This document shows positions 1 through 12,760 of a stretch of DNA of 64,000 nucleotides, piece by piece. The notes under the pieces were generated by a model. The model was given only the letters and a program-made list of their open reading frames with translations, was not told where the DNA came from and did no database searches. The DNA lies in contig NC_043019.1 in NCBI RefSeq assembly GCF_006345805.1, forward strand, positions 20,769,360 through 20,833,359, in the 5' to 3' direction. Position numbers and translations under genes: made by a program. Source of the stretch: Octopus sinensis (taxonomy: Eukaryota). Within the stretch, counting starts at the first letter, position 1; each line of letters starts with the position of its first letter.

Positions 1-345
1 TATTCACGGAAAGATGGATGACTGTACAAAGAAGGCTGAGAATAAATGGGACCGTGCTATTGTAGCCGGTCAAAGCGAAAGAAGGGAAAAACGAAAAACA
101 AACTACTGGAAAAAAGAGGAAATTTAGAGGTAACAAAAGAAGAAACCGGTGGGTTACATAAAACTCCACAAGCTTCTTATATTGTAGTTATTTAATTTTT
201 AAAATTTCATCCGATTTTCATCTTTCCGATTTCATTATATCGATTTAAATATTTTAAATCATTATTGTAACCCCATCCCTATGTTGTAAGTGCCCTTGTT
301 CGTCCCTTCTATGTATACCTTTTTTTATAGGCAAATAAAGAAATA
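1..345 (+). mobile_element. 3' end of Tx1/L1-like LINE (ORF2 C-terminus plus 3' UTR)
   Basis: Frame from nt 3 reads FTERWMTVQRRLRINGTVLL*, homologous to the ORF2 end at 62.4 kb (FRKRWKSIASML). The UTR ends ...cttgttcgtccc...aaataaagaaata. Confidence 0.55.
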
Positions 346-737
346 CTTTGGTTTCAGACCTTTTAAGGTCTAGCCACTGACCACACAAGACACAGCCAGT
401 TCCAACGACAAATCCACAGCAGCTACGTCAAGACTTACTAACTTTGTCCAACAGCATTACGGCAACCTCCACCTTCGTCGCCATCATCATGTTTTCAACG
501 TCATCAACATCATCTCTCTACGTACACAGCTCAACAAGCAACTCGCTCAGGTTTCAACACTTCACTGTTCGTAAATTACTTCACCATGGATCAACAGCGA
601 ATATATTAATACAACCTGCGATACCTCCTGTACCAAGTGACCCAGGCAGCAGCATCACAGCCACGACTTCACGTACGACATGTACCGCAACCGGCTCAGC
701 ATAATGGCCGCAACTTCTTGATACAGTATTTCAACTA

Positions 738-972
738 TTATGGCGGCGAGCTGGCGGAACTGTTAGCACGCCGGGCGAAATGCGTAGCCGTATTTCGTCT
801 ACCGCTACATTCTGAGTTCAAATTCCGCCGAGGTCGACTTTGCCTTTCATCCTTTCGGAGTCGATTAAATAAGTACCAGTTACGCACTGGGGTCCACATA
901 ATCGACTTGATCCGTTTGTTTGTCCTTGTTCGTCCCCTCTGTGTTTGACCCCTTGTGGGTAGTAAAGAAATA
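738..972 (+). mobile_element. tRNA-derived SINE, family B (dominant family in window), full length
   Basis: Head ggcggcgagctggc...gagttcaaattcc and tail gtaaagaaata; 13-bp TSD AGTATTTCAACTA at 725-737 and 973-985. Confidence 0.9.
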
Positions 973-1001
973 AGTATTTCAACTACCGTGTACAATTGAC
1001 T

Positions 1002-1321
1002 CCCAGACCGGGCGTTGTAAGTGTTTATTGAGCGAAAACACCTAAAGCTCCATGAGGCTCCGGCAGGGATGGTGGTGATCCCTGCTGTACTCTTTCACCA
1101 CAACTTTCTCTCACTCTTACTTCCTGTTTCTGTTGTACCTGTATTTCGAAGGGCCGGCCTTGTCACTCTCTGTGTCACGCTGAATATCCCCGAGAACTAC
1201 GTTAAGGGTACACGTGTCTGTGGAATGCTCAGCCACTTACACGTTAATTTCACGAGCAGGCTGTTCCGTTGATCGGATCAACCGGAACCCTCGTCGTCGT
1301 AACCGACGGAGTGCTTCCACC
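1002..1321 (+). mobile_element. tRNA-derived SINE, family A, 5'-truncated
   Basis: Near-identical to 1798-2113; TSD ACAATTGACT at 992-1001 and 1322-1331. Confidence 0.9.
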
Positions 1322-1734
1322 ACAATTGACTACGAACTGGTATTCTCATTCTTGTGTCTATGAACATTTGTCTAACTTCTCATTATAGACTCTTTTAGCC
1401 TTCTTCATTGCTATTCTTATCTGTACATAACGCACACGCATACATCCATGTCTATACACACATACACTTTGTTCTCATGGCGGCCTGTTTATTATTCTGT
1501 ATACATAACGCACACACAGATATACATGTTAGCATATCAATAAGTCTTCTCTTAAACAGTCTACTCGGTTGTGTCTCTATTTTCCCCTCTGGCACATATA
1601 TGTATTATTCTTTTTATAGTTATTGTAAGGACTGTGCGATATACCTGAGACACATTCTCGTCACCTCGCATCGCACGGTCCTTACACACCTTTTGTTATC
1701 GCTGCTCATCTACTTCAGCTCTACTCAGAGTATG

Positions 1735-2113
1735 TGGAGGCGCAATGGCCCAGTGGTTAGGGCAGCGGACTCGCGGTCATAGGATCGCGGTTTCGATTCC
1801 CAGACCGGGCGTTGTGAGTGTTTATTGAGCAAAAACACCTAAAAGTTCCACGAGGCTCCGGCAGGGGATGGTGGTGATCCCTGCTGTACTCTTTCACCAC
1901 AACTTTCTCATACTTCCTGTTTCTGTTGTACCTGTATTTCAAAGGGCCGGCCTTGTCACTCTCTGTGTCACGCTGAATATCCCCGAGAACTACGTTAAGG
2001 GTGCACGTGTCTGTGGAGTGCTCAGCCACTTACACGTTAATTTCACGAGCAGGCTGTTCCGTTGTTTCGGATCAACCGGAACCCTCATCGTCGTAACCGA
2101 CGGAGTGCTTCCC
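1735..2113 (+). mobile_element. tRNA-derived SINE, family A, full length
   Basis: A box (tggcccagtgg) and B box (ggtttcgattcc); TSD ACTCAGAGTATG at 1723-1734 and 2114-2125. Confidence 0.92.
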
Positions 2114-2277
2114 ACTCAGAGTATGCACAGAATTTCAGGAAGCATGGAAGTTTTTAAAGATGTAGTAGAAAATCACTAACATAAGGAAAGACTATATTTG
2201 GTAACAACCGTAATTTGAACGCATACTCACAAAATTTTATTTCTGAGGTGCTGCTCGTACAAAATAAAAAAAAAAAA

Positions 2278-2725
2278 TTTTACTACCCACAAGGGGCTAA
2301 ACACAGAGAAGACAAACAAGGACAGACAAACGGATTAAGTCGATTACATCGACTCCAGTGCGTAACTGGTACTTAATTTATCGACCCCGAAAGGATGAAA
2401 GGCAAAGTCGACCTCGGCGGAATTTGAACTCTGAACGTAACGGCAGACGAAATACGGCTACACATTTCGCCCGGCGTGCTAACGTTTCTTATTTCTTTAC
2501 TGCCCGCAAGGGGCTACACACAGAGGGGACAAACAAGGACAGACAAACGGATTAAGTCGATTATATCGACCCCAGTGCATAACTGGTACTTATTATTTAA
2601 TCTACCCCGAAAGGATGAAAGGCAAAGTCAACCTCGGCGGAAGTTGAACTCAGAACGTAGCGGCAGACGAAATACTGCTAAGCATTTTGCCTGGCGTGCT
2701 AACGGTTCTGCCAGTTCGCCGCCTT
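2278..2725 (-). mobile_element. SINE family B, head-to-tail dimer
   Basis: Two reverse-complement copies of 738-972 joined near 2490. Confidence 0.88.
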
Positions 2726-3204
2726 CTGCGCGTACAACATTTAACTCAGACGACACACTAGGTTCTGAAAATGAAATATCGGCTGATTTTAATTACTTTA
2801 AACGTGAAGTCAAACTTTATTCCGTGATGATCAAATGTAGCCTTCTCTTTTATGATCGATTTGCTACACATGCATAAAAGTGCAATAGTAAATTAAAGAA
2901 AAATGGAAGAAATGCAATTTCAAATAGAAAAGCAAACATAAGGTAAAAGAAAAGGATTTTAAAAAAAGAGAGGAATGAGGGATACGAGAAACTGAAAGTA
3001 TAAAAGATAAAAAGAGTAAGAAAGACAGAAAGCTAAGATAAAGAATGGAAGGAAAATAGAGGCTGGTGAAAGAGTGATACAGATAGAAAGGAAAGGGTAA
3101 TGAGAGTGATAAAGGAAAGAGAACGTACGGGAGAAAGAGAGGGAGTGAAGCATGAAGAAAGTAAAAAGATTGGGGAACGGAAAATTGGCGATAGTAGTGG
3201 TAGT

Positions 3205-3898
3205 AGTTGTTGTTGTTGGTTGCTGTTGCTGTTGAGCGAACGGTCTTCGCCCCAGAGCTCGCAAGATGGGAGAAGTCCGAAACGTGGTCCTTTGCTATTC
3301 GTAAGAGCCGCAGAAGAGAAAGCAGGTCAACCCCCGACACCGAGAGCATCGACGGATGGATGACTGCGCATCCAGGCTCAGCGGTTGCGTAGGAAGTCGG
3401 GGACAAGAAACAGGAAGTGAGAAGTGAGAGAAAGTTGGGGCGAAAGAGTACAATAGGGGTCGCCACCACTCCCTGCCGGAGCCTCGTGGAGCTTTAGGTG
3501 TTTTCGCTCAATAAACACACACAACGCCCGGTCTGGAAATCGAAACCACGATCCTCCGACCGCTAGTCCGCTGCCCTAACCACTGGGCCATTGCGCCTCC
3601 ACTTGTTGTTGAAAGCAGGTCAACCCCCGACACCGAGAGCATCGACGGATGGATGAATGCGCATCCAGGCTCAGCGGTTGCGTAGGAAGTCGGGGACAAG
3701 AAACAGGAAGTGAGAAGTGAGAGAAAGTTGGGGCAAAAGAGTACACCTGGGGTCGCCCACCCCCACCCCTGCCGGAGCCTCGTGGAGCTTTAGGTGTTTT
3801 CGCTCAATAAACACACACAACGCCCGGTCTGGGAATCGAAACCACGATCCTCCGACCGCTAGTCCGCTGCCCTAACCACTGGGCCATTGCGCCTCCAC
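3205..3898 (-). mobile_element. Two tandem SINEs, family A' (family A head, different body, (CAA)n tail)
   Basis: Copies at 3205-3602 and 3604-3898 (second is 3'-shortened); the first ~150 nt match family A and then diverge. Confidence 0.85.
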
Positions 3899-4155
3899 TT
3901 GTTGTTGTTGGTGGTGTTGTCGCGCAGTACGATTGAACCAGGAACCACGCGTTTGTGGAGCTTCTTCCCCGCAAAACTGTGCCTACGCTATTCAAAGGAA
4001 ATAAGTAAGGGATGATACAACAAATATAGGATCTTTTAGGAAAATCTGGCCTTCAAAAAGAAAAGATCCCAAATATATATAAGGGGAACTATCTTAGATA
4101 TTCAACAGCAGTGTTCTAAGAACAGTATGTAATATATACATGTTATTAAAATAAA

Positions 4156-4407
4156 TAAATGCGCCCATTTAAAGCCAAGCCAGGCTCATGGGCCCGGTTT
4201 CCCGGTTTCTATGGCATATGTGTTCCCCAGCTGGACGGGATGCCAGTCTATCGCAGCGTTACTCATTTTTGTCAGCTGAGTGGACTGGAGCAACGTGAAA
4301 TGGAGTGTTTTGCTCAAGAACACAACGCGTCGCCCGGGCCAAGAATCGAAACCACAATCTTACGATCATGATGCTGACATCCTAACCACTAAGCCACGCG
4401 CCTCCAC
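4156..4407 (-). mobile_element. tRNA-derived SINE, family E
   Basis: Minus-strand head ggaggcgcgtggcttagtggttagg...gtttcgattc followed by body ttgagcaaaacac... Confidence 0.75.
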
Positions 4408-4435
4408 AGTGTACATGTTAGGTACAGTAAAAAAG

Positions 4436-4742
4436 GTAAATGCTGAAAACCCCCATCGGTCATGAATGACCATGGGATGGCACCTAGAAAGCTCCCCTCC
4501 GAAGCACAAGTCCGGGCACGGTTATTTATGGAAGACCAGTAGTCGCCCATACATATTAGCCTCCCATCCCCACACCACCGACATATATTATCCAAAGGAA
4601 AGGCAAAGGTCGATATAGCTTGGCACCTGTGACGTCGCAGCTCATTTCTACAGCTGAGTGAACTAGAGCAACGTGAAATAAAGTGTCTTGCTCAAGAGCA
4701 CAACACAGCTCCGTCCTAGAATCGAACTCACGACTTCACGAT
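4436..4742 (-). mobile_element. SINE related to family E, 5'-truncated, different 3' part
   Basis: Shares cagctgagtgaactagagcaacgtgaaataaagtgtcttgctcaaga with 4255-4325. Confidence 0.6.
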
Positions 4743-4928
4743 TGGAATACCTCTTTCCTCCGTTATCTGTCTTTGGCCAGTCGTGGTCATGTAGGCCCCA
4801 GGTAGCCACCAAGGTCATCTCAACACCTTGTCTTTGGTAGGCCTCTTGACCTTGTCCATTGTCTTGGTGTCCATTCCGTCTCTCTCGCACGATTGTCCTT
4901 CAGTTGCGCGATGTAGCAATATATATAT

Positions 4929-5290
4929 ACTAGCAGTATCGCCCGGCGTTGCTCAGGTTTGTAAGGGAAATAACTATAAAGCATTTTTAGAGTTATAGGC
5001 AAAAAAATGGAAAAAAACGATGGTAAATTTTTATTTGAGAGTAAAAAAAGGTGGAGTTGCGTCCCCTAGACAGTTTGCGGTTTGTGTTTCTGATTCTCGA
5101 CCCCATGTCGAATTTATCGATTTTTTTCAGAACTGGGGGAACTTTTCAAAATTTTCGGTGCGTTAGTTTTGAATTATGACATTGGGCTATGTGTGTGTCA
5201 AGTTTCATCAGAATCGGTTGAAAGCCGTGGTCAGGGTGAGGGTACAAGCAAACAGACACACAGAAACATGCACAGACAAACTGCCATTTA
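4929..5290 (+). mobile_element. Non-autonomous Helitron/Helentron-like element (Lep1/DINE-1 style)
   Basis: 5' end ACTAGCAGTATCGCCCGGCGTTGCTC shared with 6149 and 36458; 3' cagaca..cagacaaactg..ttta motif; left flank is (TA)n; no TSD. Confidence 0.6.
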
Positions 5291-5812
5291 GAACAATTTA
5301 CTTTCACTTTTTAGGACAATTTTCTTTCTCTTTTTTTTTTTACAACCGTAAACTGAATGTTAGCCCACCAGCTGTAGATGCTGTTATGGAGAAAAGGTAA
5401 CGCCTATGACATATTTTAGGGCTTCTGGAATTTTTAGGGTAAAAAGGAGGAAGTTATTCTCTCACCCAGGATGCGATCTGGCTCAAAGGTTAGCAAAAGA
5501 ATGGATTCTGCTTAAAGGCAACGCTTGGAGCTATTAAATTGGACTGACAAGTTAACTCTACAAAGTGACTCCCTAGTGTAGTCTACTCGGTAGTTTTTGT
5601 CTCTTAACAGAAAGCCCAAGAAACTAGAGAGAAAGTATAAATATAAATATAAATATAAATATAAATATTTTGTTCGAAACGTTGAAATACAAAACGGTAA
5701 AAGTTAAATCTATTTTACAGATTTTGAAGATGATAAAATAAAATAAAATGAAATCCAATGAGGGGAGTAAATATCCGGTAGTTGGTGTGCACTGACGAAC
5801 GAAGCCACGTCA

Positions 5813-5823
5813 ATATATATATA

Positions 5824-5871
<48 letters not shown>

Positions 5872-5917
5872 GTATATATATATATGTGTGTAAATATATA
5901 TATATATATGTGTGTAA

Positions 5918-5953
<36 letters not shown>

Positions 5954-5954
5954 G

Positions 5955-6033
<79 letters not shown>

Positions 6034-6049
6034 ATATCTATATATATAT

Positions 6050-6092
<43 letters not shown>

Positions 6093-6148
6093 TATATATA
6101 TATATATATTATATGTATATATATATGTATATATGTATATATATATAT
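5813..6148. repeat. (TA)n microsatellite
   Basis: About 335 bp of TA with rare variants. Confidence 0.95.
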
Positions 6149-6538
6149 ACTAGCAGTATCGCCCAGCGTTGCTCGAGTTTGGTTCGACCCTTTAGAATTG
6201 GAATTTTTGAAAAGTAAAAATTTTGCATTATGTAGCTTGTTATTCTCTTTAAGTGAACATTTTTCTGGTTGAAATACACCGAAAAAATCGCAACACAGCA
6301 GTCAAAAAATCGTAAAAAATAGGGATTTTCATAGAAAAAAAGCACCTTTTTGATGTAAATAATTTTTGCTGTTAACAGTCTGATTTGAATTTTTTCTTCT
6401 ACGGAATGAAGAGCAAGCCTTCTTCTATCATACTCTCAATTTTGGTCAACTTGTGCCGCAGGGTCTCGGAGGAGATAGTGTTAGTTGAAGGCTACCAAAC
6501 CTGCCACACACAGACAACCTCAGCTTTATATATATAGA
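6149..6538 (+). mobile_element. Non-autonomous Helitron/Helentron-like element
   Basis: Same 5' terminus as 4929; ends cacagacaacctcagctttatatatataga. Confidence 0.62.
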
Positions 6539-7019
6539 CAAGAGGAGAGACCACTCAGTGGATCCCTTATATTCTGAAATCCCTTATATGCTAAAAATAA
6601 TATTAATTTCTACTCTTATTATCTTTTATCATGCTTTGCTACCTTTTATACTATCAGGTTTGGTGAAATTATTCTTAAAATTATTAATTGCTTTTTTAAC
6701 TACTTTTTTTTATTTCTTTATGTTCGATTGAATTAACAGCCAACTCACGCGCTCGTATGCACGCACACACACACACATGTTGCCGGGTTATAGTGCTAGT
6801 ATATATATATATATATATATATTAATTACTGTGTTATAGACCGCTATTTATACAAAAGCACTAATTCGAATGACCGCAAATTAAGATAAGGTTAAAAGTT
6901 CATAGTAAAACGTGTAAGCGCGCCTGTTCATACGTACGCATGTGCGCTCGAACACCCACTTGCGTACGCATACATCACTATGAAAACGTACACATCTTCA
7001 CTCGCATCTTTCGCCTAAT

Positions 7020-7630
7020 GTATATGCATATATATACAAACCCATACACACACACACGCGCACCTTAAAAGTTCATATATATATATACACTTATACATAT
7101 AAATATATATACATCTACATATAAACTTATATACATATACATCTATATATATATACATATACATATACATATATATACATATATATATATACATATATAT
7201 ACACATATATACATATATATGTATATATATATATATATATGTATATATATACACACATATATATACATATATATAGGCGCAAGAGTGGCTATGTGGTATT
7301 ATGTATGTATGTTTGTATGTGCGTCTGTGCGTGTATGTATGAGTGTGTGTGCGCGTGTATGTATATGTATATACATACATATATATGTATGTATGTATTA
7401 TGTATGTATATACACGTATTTGCATGTGCGTGTACATTTCCTTGATAATCTATTTAAATGAAAAGTTATGATGGACATTAATTGAACAGAATGTTGACCA
7501 AGGTAGTCAATGGGTGTGTGTGTGTGTGTGCGTCTGTGTGTGTGCATGTGTGCGCGTGCATGAATATATATATACACACATATATATACACACACATTTA
7601 TATATGTATGTATGCATGTATGTGTGAGCA

Positions 7631-7664
<34 letters not shown>

Positions 7665-7810
7665 CACACACACCTATGTATGTATGTATATATGTATGCA
7701 TGCATGTATGTATGTATGTATGTATGTATGTATGTATGTATGTATGTATGTATGTATGTATGTATGTATGTATGTATGTATGTATGTATGTATGAGCGTG
7801 TGTGTGTCTG
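7020..7810. repeat. Compound TA/TG/TATG microsatellite field
   Basis: Direct inspection; accounts for the YIYI/MYVC ORFs in the track. Confidence 0.9.
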
Positions 7811-8327
7811 TATTCAAATATTATTTTAATAATAATAAAAGGTAAAATCAATGAGGATTTTACCAAGGTAGCCAGTGCGGAAAATAAAAAATTTACAAAT
7901 CATTTTATAATTATATAACTATGTATATGATTATAAAATCTTTTATATCTATATACATAAACTGAAGACTCATCTCTCTTAACATCTATAGCGCTTTATT
8001 TTGCATGACACATACTAACACTCACACACACACCCGCCACACACAGAGGTGTTAGAGTAACGATGAGTATTGCGTGAGATTTGCCACACCCCAAACCTTA
8101 AACCTACACAAATTGACCGATATATTTTCTACTTTAAGGCTGTCAAAGAGCGGGGTTTTATTATTTTATATACTATAAGGTTTCCCCGTCTGCTTATTCT
8201 TTACACCCTTGTGTCAATTATAGAAAAGTGAATTACATTTGTAGACTATTAACAATGAAGCAAAGGTGTCTTTTGTGTCGAGGGCTACCGAGGTTTTTGA
8301 GAGAGAAGTGTGAAAAGCTGATTTCGC

Positions 8328-8643
8328 TAGCACGCCAGGCAAAATACTTTGCGGCATTTTGTCCGTCTGCTACGTTCTGAGTTTAAATTTCGCTGAGGTC
8401 GACTTTGCCTTTCATCCTTTCGAGGTCGATAAAATATATTTCTTTACTACCCACAAGGGGCTAAACACAGAGGGGACAAACAAGGACAGACAAACGGTTA
8501 AGTCGATTAGATTGACCCCAGTGCGTAACTGGTACTTAATTTATCGACCCCGAAAGAATGAAAGGCAAAGTCGACCTCGGCGGAATTTGAACTGAGGACG
8601 TAACGGCAGACGAAATACGGCTACGCATTTCGCCCGGCGTGCT
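8328..8643. mobile_element. Two SINE B fragments in inverted orientation
   Basis: Plus fragment 8328-8435 abuts a minus copy at 8436-8643. Confidence 0.8.
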
Positions 8644-9325
8644 TATACCAGTGAAGCACTGGGAGTCCAGCTCTGTTTACGTGTGACCCCTCAGTTTATG
8701 GCCACAGACGTGTATTTGTTTACATTTGAAGAAGATCGTCACTTTCCGTAAAATTTTAATTTTTTTTATATATGTGGGGTTAGGGGTGGGGGGAACGGTA
8801 TCTTTTTTCTCATAAATGACAGTGACAAATTGATATGACACCGCAAATAATTGTTGTTGACAAACTAGGGCAGAAATTGTATTCACCTCAATAGACGTCA
8901 TTGATTGGTTGAAATTGCCGAAATGCAAGAAATTAAAGAACAAATAGCTTCTGTTTTACTCCAAAGTTTTAATTTTCTCTTCCTTTTACTCCTCACTCTT
9001 CCTTGTTTCTGACAGCTTTTGTTTTGTTAATTAGTTTGGAAACTGTTTACTTTCATTTTCTTAGCTGTCACATACAAAAATCCTGTTTTCTGATAAAGGG
9101 AAAATGATCAAACTTTAAACCACTGAAACATTTTTCTGAAATTTTTCTAGAATAAATGAATTACAAACTCGGATTCATCACGAAAAATTAAATCAATGTA
9201 TCAAATTTGAAAATTTTCACCTAATTTTAAAATTTCAAAATCTGTGACAGTGATTGAAAAGATCTTTCTCTCTCTCATTTGTCTATCTCTTTCACTTTCC
9301 CACTCTATAAAAGTATATCACTCAC

Positions 9326-9361
<36 letters not shown>

Positions 9362-10099
9362 TGCGTGTGTGTGTGTGTGTATGCATGTGTGCAAAGAATT
9401 TCCTTAGGGTGTCAGAGTGATTTAAAAAAAGGTATGTATAATATAATTTATTTCGGATCTTTTCCTTTTGATGGACGGAATTTTCTAGTTAACTAAACAA
9501 TTTGAAACTTCGTATACTGGTAGAATGTGTCAAAAGAAAACATTATTGTAAACAAAATTGAAAACAAAATTGTAATTTGTAAGTTTAACATTTGGCAAAT
9601 GTCTTCTACTTATAGCTCTGGGCTGACGAAAACCTTAGAGTGGATTTGGTAGACAGGAACTGTAAGAGAAGTATCAGTCGTGTGTGTGTGTGTGTTTGTA
9701 TTTCCTTGTTTTGACATTGCATGATAGTGGTAAACAAATGCCACTGTCATACAAGCAGGGTCCTCCTTTCCCAATTTTCCATGTCTGATTATGGGGATAT
9801 ATTTATCTTACTTGGAAACATGTGAGGGTTGGAGATAGAAAAAAACAAAACACCCAGTTGTAAAAATCTGCTTCAATAAAATTCCAACAGACCAATGTGA
9901 ACATGGGAAAGTGGACATCAAAATGATGATATGTACCGTATTTTTATGTGTATAAGGAACCCTTTTTTTGTCAAAAATTAGGTTTAAAAAATGTGGGAGT
10001 TTCTTATACATGGATAAGTATTATAATCCCTTACAAAACCTTTTTTCCAAATTTTAAGCCCCCAGAATTAGAGGGTTCCTTATACATGTTAAAATACAG

Positions 10100-10131
<32 letters not shown>

Positions 10132-10261
10132 TGTATGTATGTATGTATGTATGTATGTATGTATGTATGTATGTATGTGTGTGTGTATGTGTGTGTATGT
10201 ATGTATGTATGCATGCATGTATGTATTCTCTATAAAGGAATGTAGGCATATAGAGAATGTA

Positions 10262-10502
10262 TTGGGTTGATGCATAATTATTGCAGCATTTTTTTCAACA
10301 AATTTTATTTAACAAAAACAATAACAACATGTAACAAAAACATCTTTAAATGATTATTCCGGAGCATATTCACCATCTACTTCAATTACTGCTTCCCATT
10401 TGCTTGGCAGACGGTCAGACCGTCATTCAAAGACGTTTTTGTTAAATATTGTTATTGTTTTTGTCGAATAAAATTTGTTGAAAAAATTATGCACCAACCC
10501 AA
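10262..10502. mobile_element. Tc1/mariner-type MITE with long TIRs
   Basis: Left TA+ttgggttgatgcataatt, right aattatgcaccaacccaa; ~80-bp imperfect inverted arms. Confidence 0.7.
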
Positions 10503-10533
10503 AAATTCAGATTAGATTAAACGTTTCATAGAA

Positions 10534-10577
<44 letters not shown>

Positions 10578-10616
10578 CGACGATGATGGTGATGATGATG
10601 ACGATGATGGTGATGG

Positions 10617-10652
<36 letters not shown>

Positions 10653-11077
10653 CAATCATGATGGTAATTAAGATAATGATGATGGTGATTGAGAGGGACT
10701 GTGGGTGCTAATTAGGGTAACAATGGTGGTGGTTGTTGTTGTTGCGATGATATTGATGATGAGAAAGAGGAAGAGGAGGAGGAGGCAGAGGACAGTGATT
10801 CCGATGGCAATTATGGCAATGATGATGGTGATGATTGTGGGTAATAATTATGGTGACAATGGCGGCGGTAGTGGTGATGCCGGTGGTGGTGGTGGTGGTG
10901 GTGGTGGTGGTGGTGGTGATGATATAAGTTAAGACAAAGGATTGGTTGATTTGTCCCCTCCCCCACCACTACCAATATTTAATATGGCAATAAAATTAAA
11001 TGAATTACACAAAGACAGTGGTGGTGGTGGTGATGGTGAGTGCTGTGGCTGGTTGCATTATGCTGTGGTTCACTGTC

Positions 11078-11110
<33 letters not shown>

Positions 11111-11560
11111 GGTTGTAGTAGCAGTAGTAGTAGTAGTGGTAGTGGTGGTGGTGGTAGTAGTAGTAGTAGTAATGGTAGTGGTGGTGGTGGTGATTCACTT
11201 TTGGTAAAGTAATGATGGTATTAAATGTAGTGACATTAAATGTAGTAGTAGAAGTGGTGGTGGTGGTGATGAAGGTGTTAGTAGGGGAGATGGTGGAGGT
11301 GGCGATAGCAGTGTTGGTGGTGGTAGTGGTGGTGTTGGTGGTGGTGGTGTTTAATGGTGGAGGTGGTGATAGTGGTGTTGGTGGTGGTGCCGTGGCTGAT
11401 AATGATGGAGCGGAGATAATGGTAGTACTATGAAATAGTAATAGAAGTGAGTTGGGAACTGGTGTTGCCATTGTTGTTGTTGTAGTTGGTGGTGGTGGTG
11501 GTAGTGAGGAAAATGTTGATAATACTGGTGGTGTCGATGGTGGTGTTGGCTATGCAATTG
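10534..11560. repeat. (GAT)n/(GGT)n/(TAG)n trinucleotide low-complexity field
   Basis: Direct inspection. Confidence 0.9.
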
Positions 11561-11900
11561 TGGGGTGGGGGGTAAGATGGTTGTGCCAGAAGCAAAAAAA
11601 TCTAAGTTATCGCCAGGAAAATAGGCCGTCCTTGTTGGTTCTTGCTTCCTTCACCTCACCAAGAACTTCTCTGTCAAAAAAAAAGAGAATCTTTTTTCTT
11701 CAGAAACACATCAGAATCAACAATCAAATGGGTCTACTGTGAACTTTTCTCTGCAATTCCGCAATTCCACTAACGGTGATTCATGAAATGCATGTGGCTG
11801 GGTCGGTAGAGCAATTGCGTGTCGGATTACCAAACTGAAATGTCCTTGGTTCAAGTTGTTGTCAAGTCTTGCTGAATGTGTTTTGCTATGGCCAACATAT

Positions 11901-12305
11901 ACTCTTTTACTCTTTTACTCTTTTACTTGTTTCAGTCATTTGACTGCGGCCATGCTGGAGCACCGCCTTTAGTCGAGCAAATCGACCCCGGGACTTATTC
12001 TTTGTAAGCCCAGTACTTATTCTATCGGTCTCTTTTGCCGAACCGCTAGGTGACGGGGACGTAAACACATCAGCATCGGTTGTCAAGCAATGCTAGGGGG
12101 ACAAACACACATACACAAACATATATATATATACATATATACGACAGGCTTCTTTCAGTTTCCGTCTACCAAATCCACTCACAAGGCATTGGTCGGCCCG
12201 GGGCTATAGCAGAAGACACTTGCCCAAGATGCCACGCAGTGGGACTGAACCCAGAACCATGTCGTTGGTTAGCAAGCTACTTACCACACAGCCACTCCTG
12301 CGCCT
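11901..12305 (-). mobile_element. tRNA-derived SINE, family C (CORE-like body, internal (TA)n, stem-loop plus (GTAAAAGA)n tail)
   Basis: Sense head aggcgcaggagtggctgtgtggtaag...gggttcagtccc; tail ccagcatggccgcagtcaaatgactgaaacaagtaaaagag. Confidence 0.9.
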
Positions 12306-12419
12306 ATATTATTTTCTTTTTATTTTATTTTATTAAAAAAAAAATTCTATTTTTTACCTTCTCCATCTTCATCGTTGATGAGTTGTGGATGTCAAAGTGA
12401 TTTCACTAATGCTAGTAAT

Positions 12420-12760
12420 AATGATGAAGACAATGATGATGATGATGATGATGATGATGGTGATGGTGACAATGGCAGTGTTGATGATGATGATGGTGAT
12501 GATGATGATGACAACGGTGATGATCATGTAGATAATAATGATGATGATTATGATGATTATGTTGATGATGATGATGATGATGATGATGGTGATGATAATG
12601 ATGATGATGATGATGACGTGATTCTGTTCATGTTGGATGATGTGACCTGGGTGATGATGATGATAATGATACTGTTGATGATGTTTCTGTTGATGATAAT
12701 GATAATGTTAGTGGTGGTGATGATGATGGTGATTCTGCTGCTGCTGATGATGATGATAGT
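12420..12760. repeat. (GAT)n degenerate microsatellite
   Basis: Direct inspection. Confidence 0.9.

Noticed and set aside
360-720. ORF 444-704 and an overlapping ~65-codon frame in non-repetitive-looking sequence
   Set aside because: No recognisable motif, start context or splice structure.
1735-1810. SINE heads as tRNA genes
   Set aside because: The tRNA-like part runs into multi-copy SINE bodies flanked by TSDs.
2864-3469. 201-aa minus-strand ORF
   Set aside because: SINE A' followed by a pyrimidine-rich low-complexity stretch.
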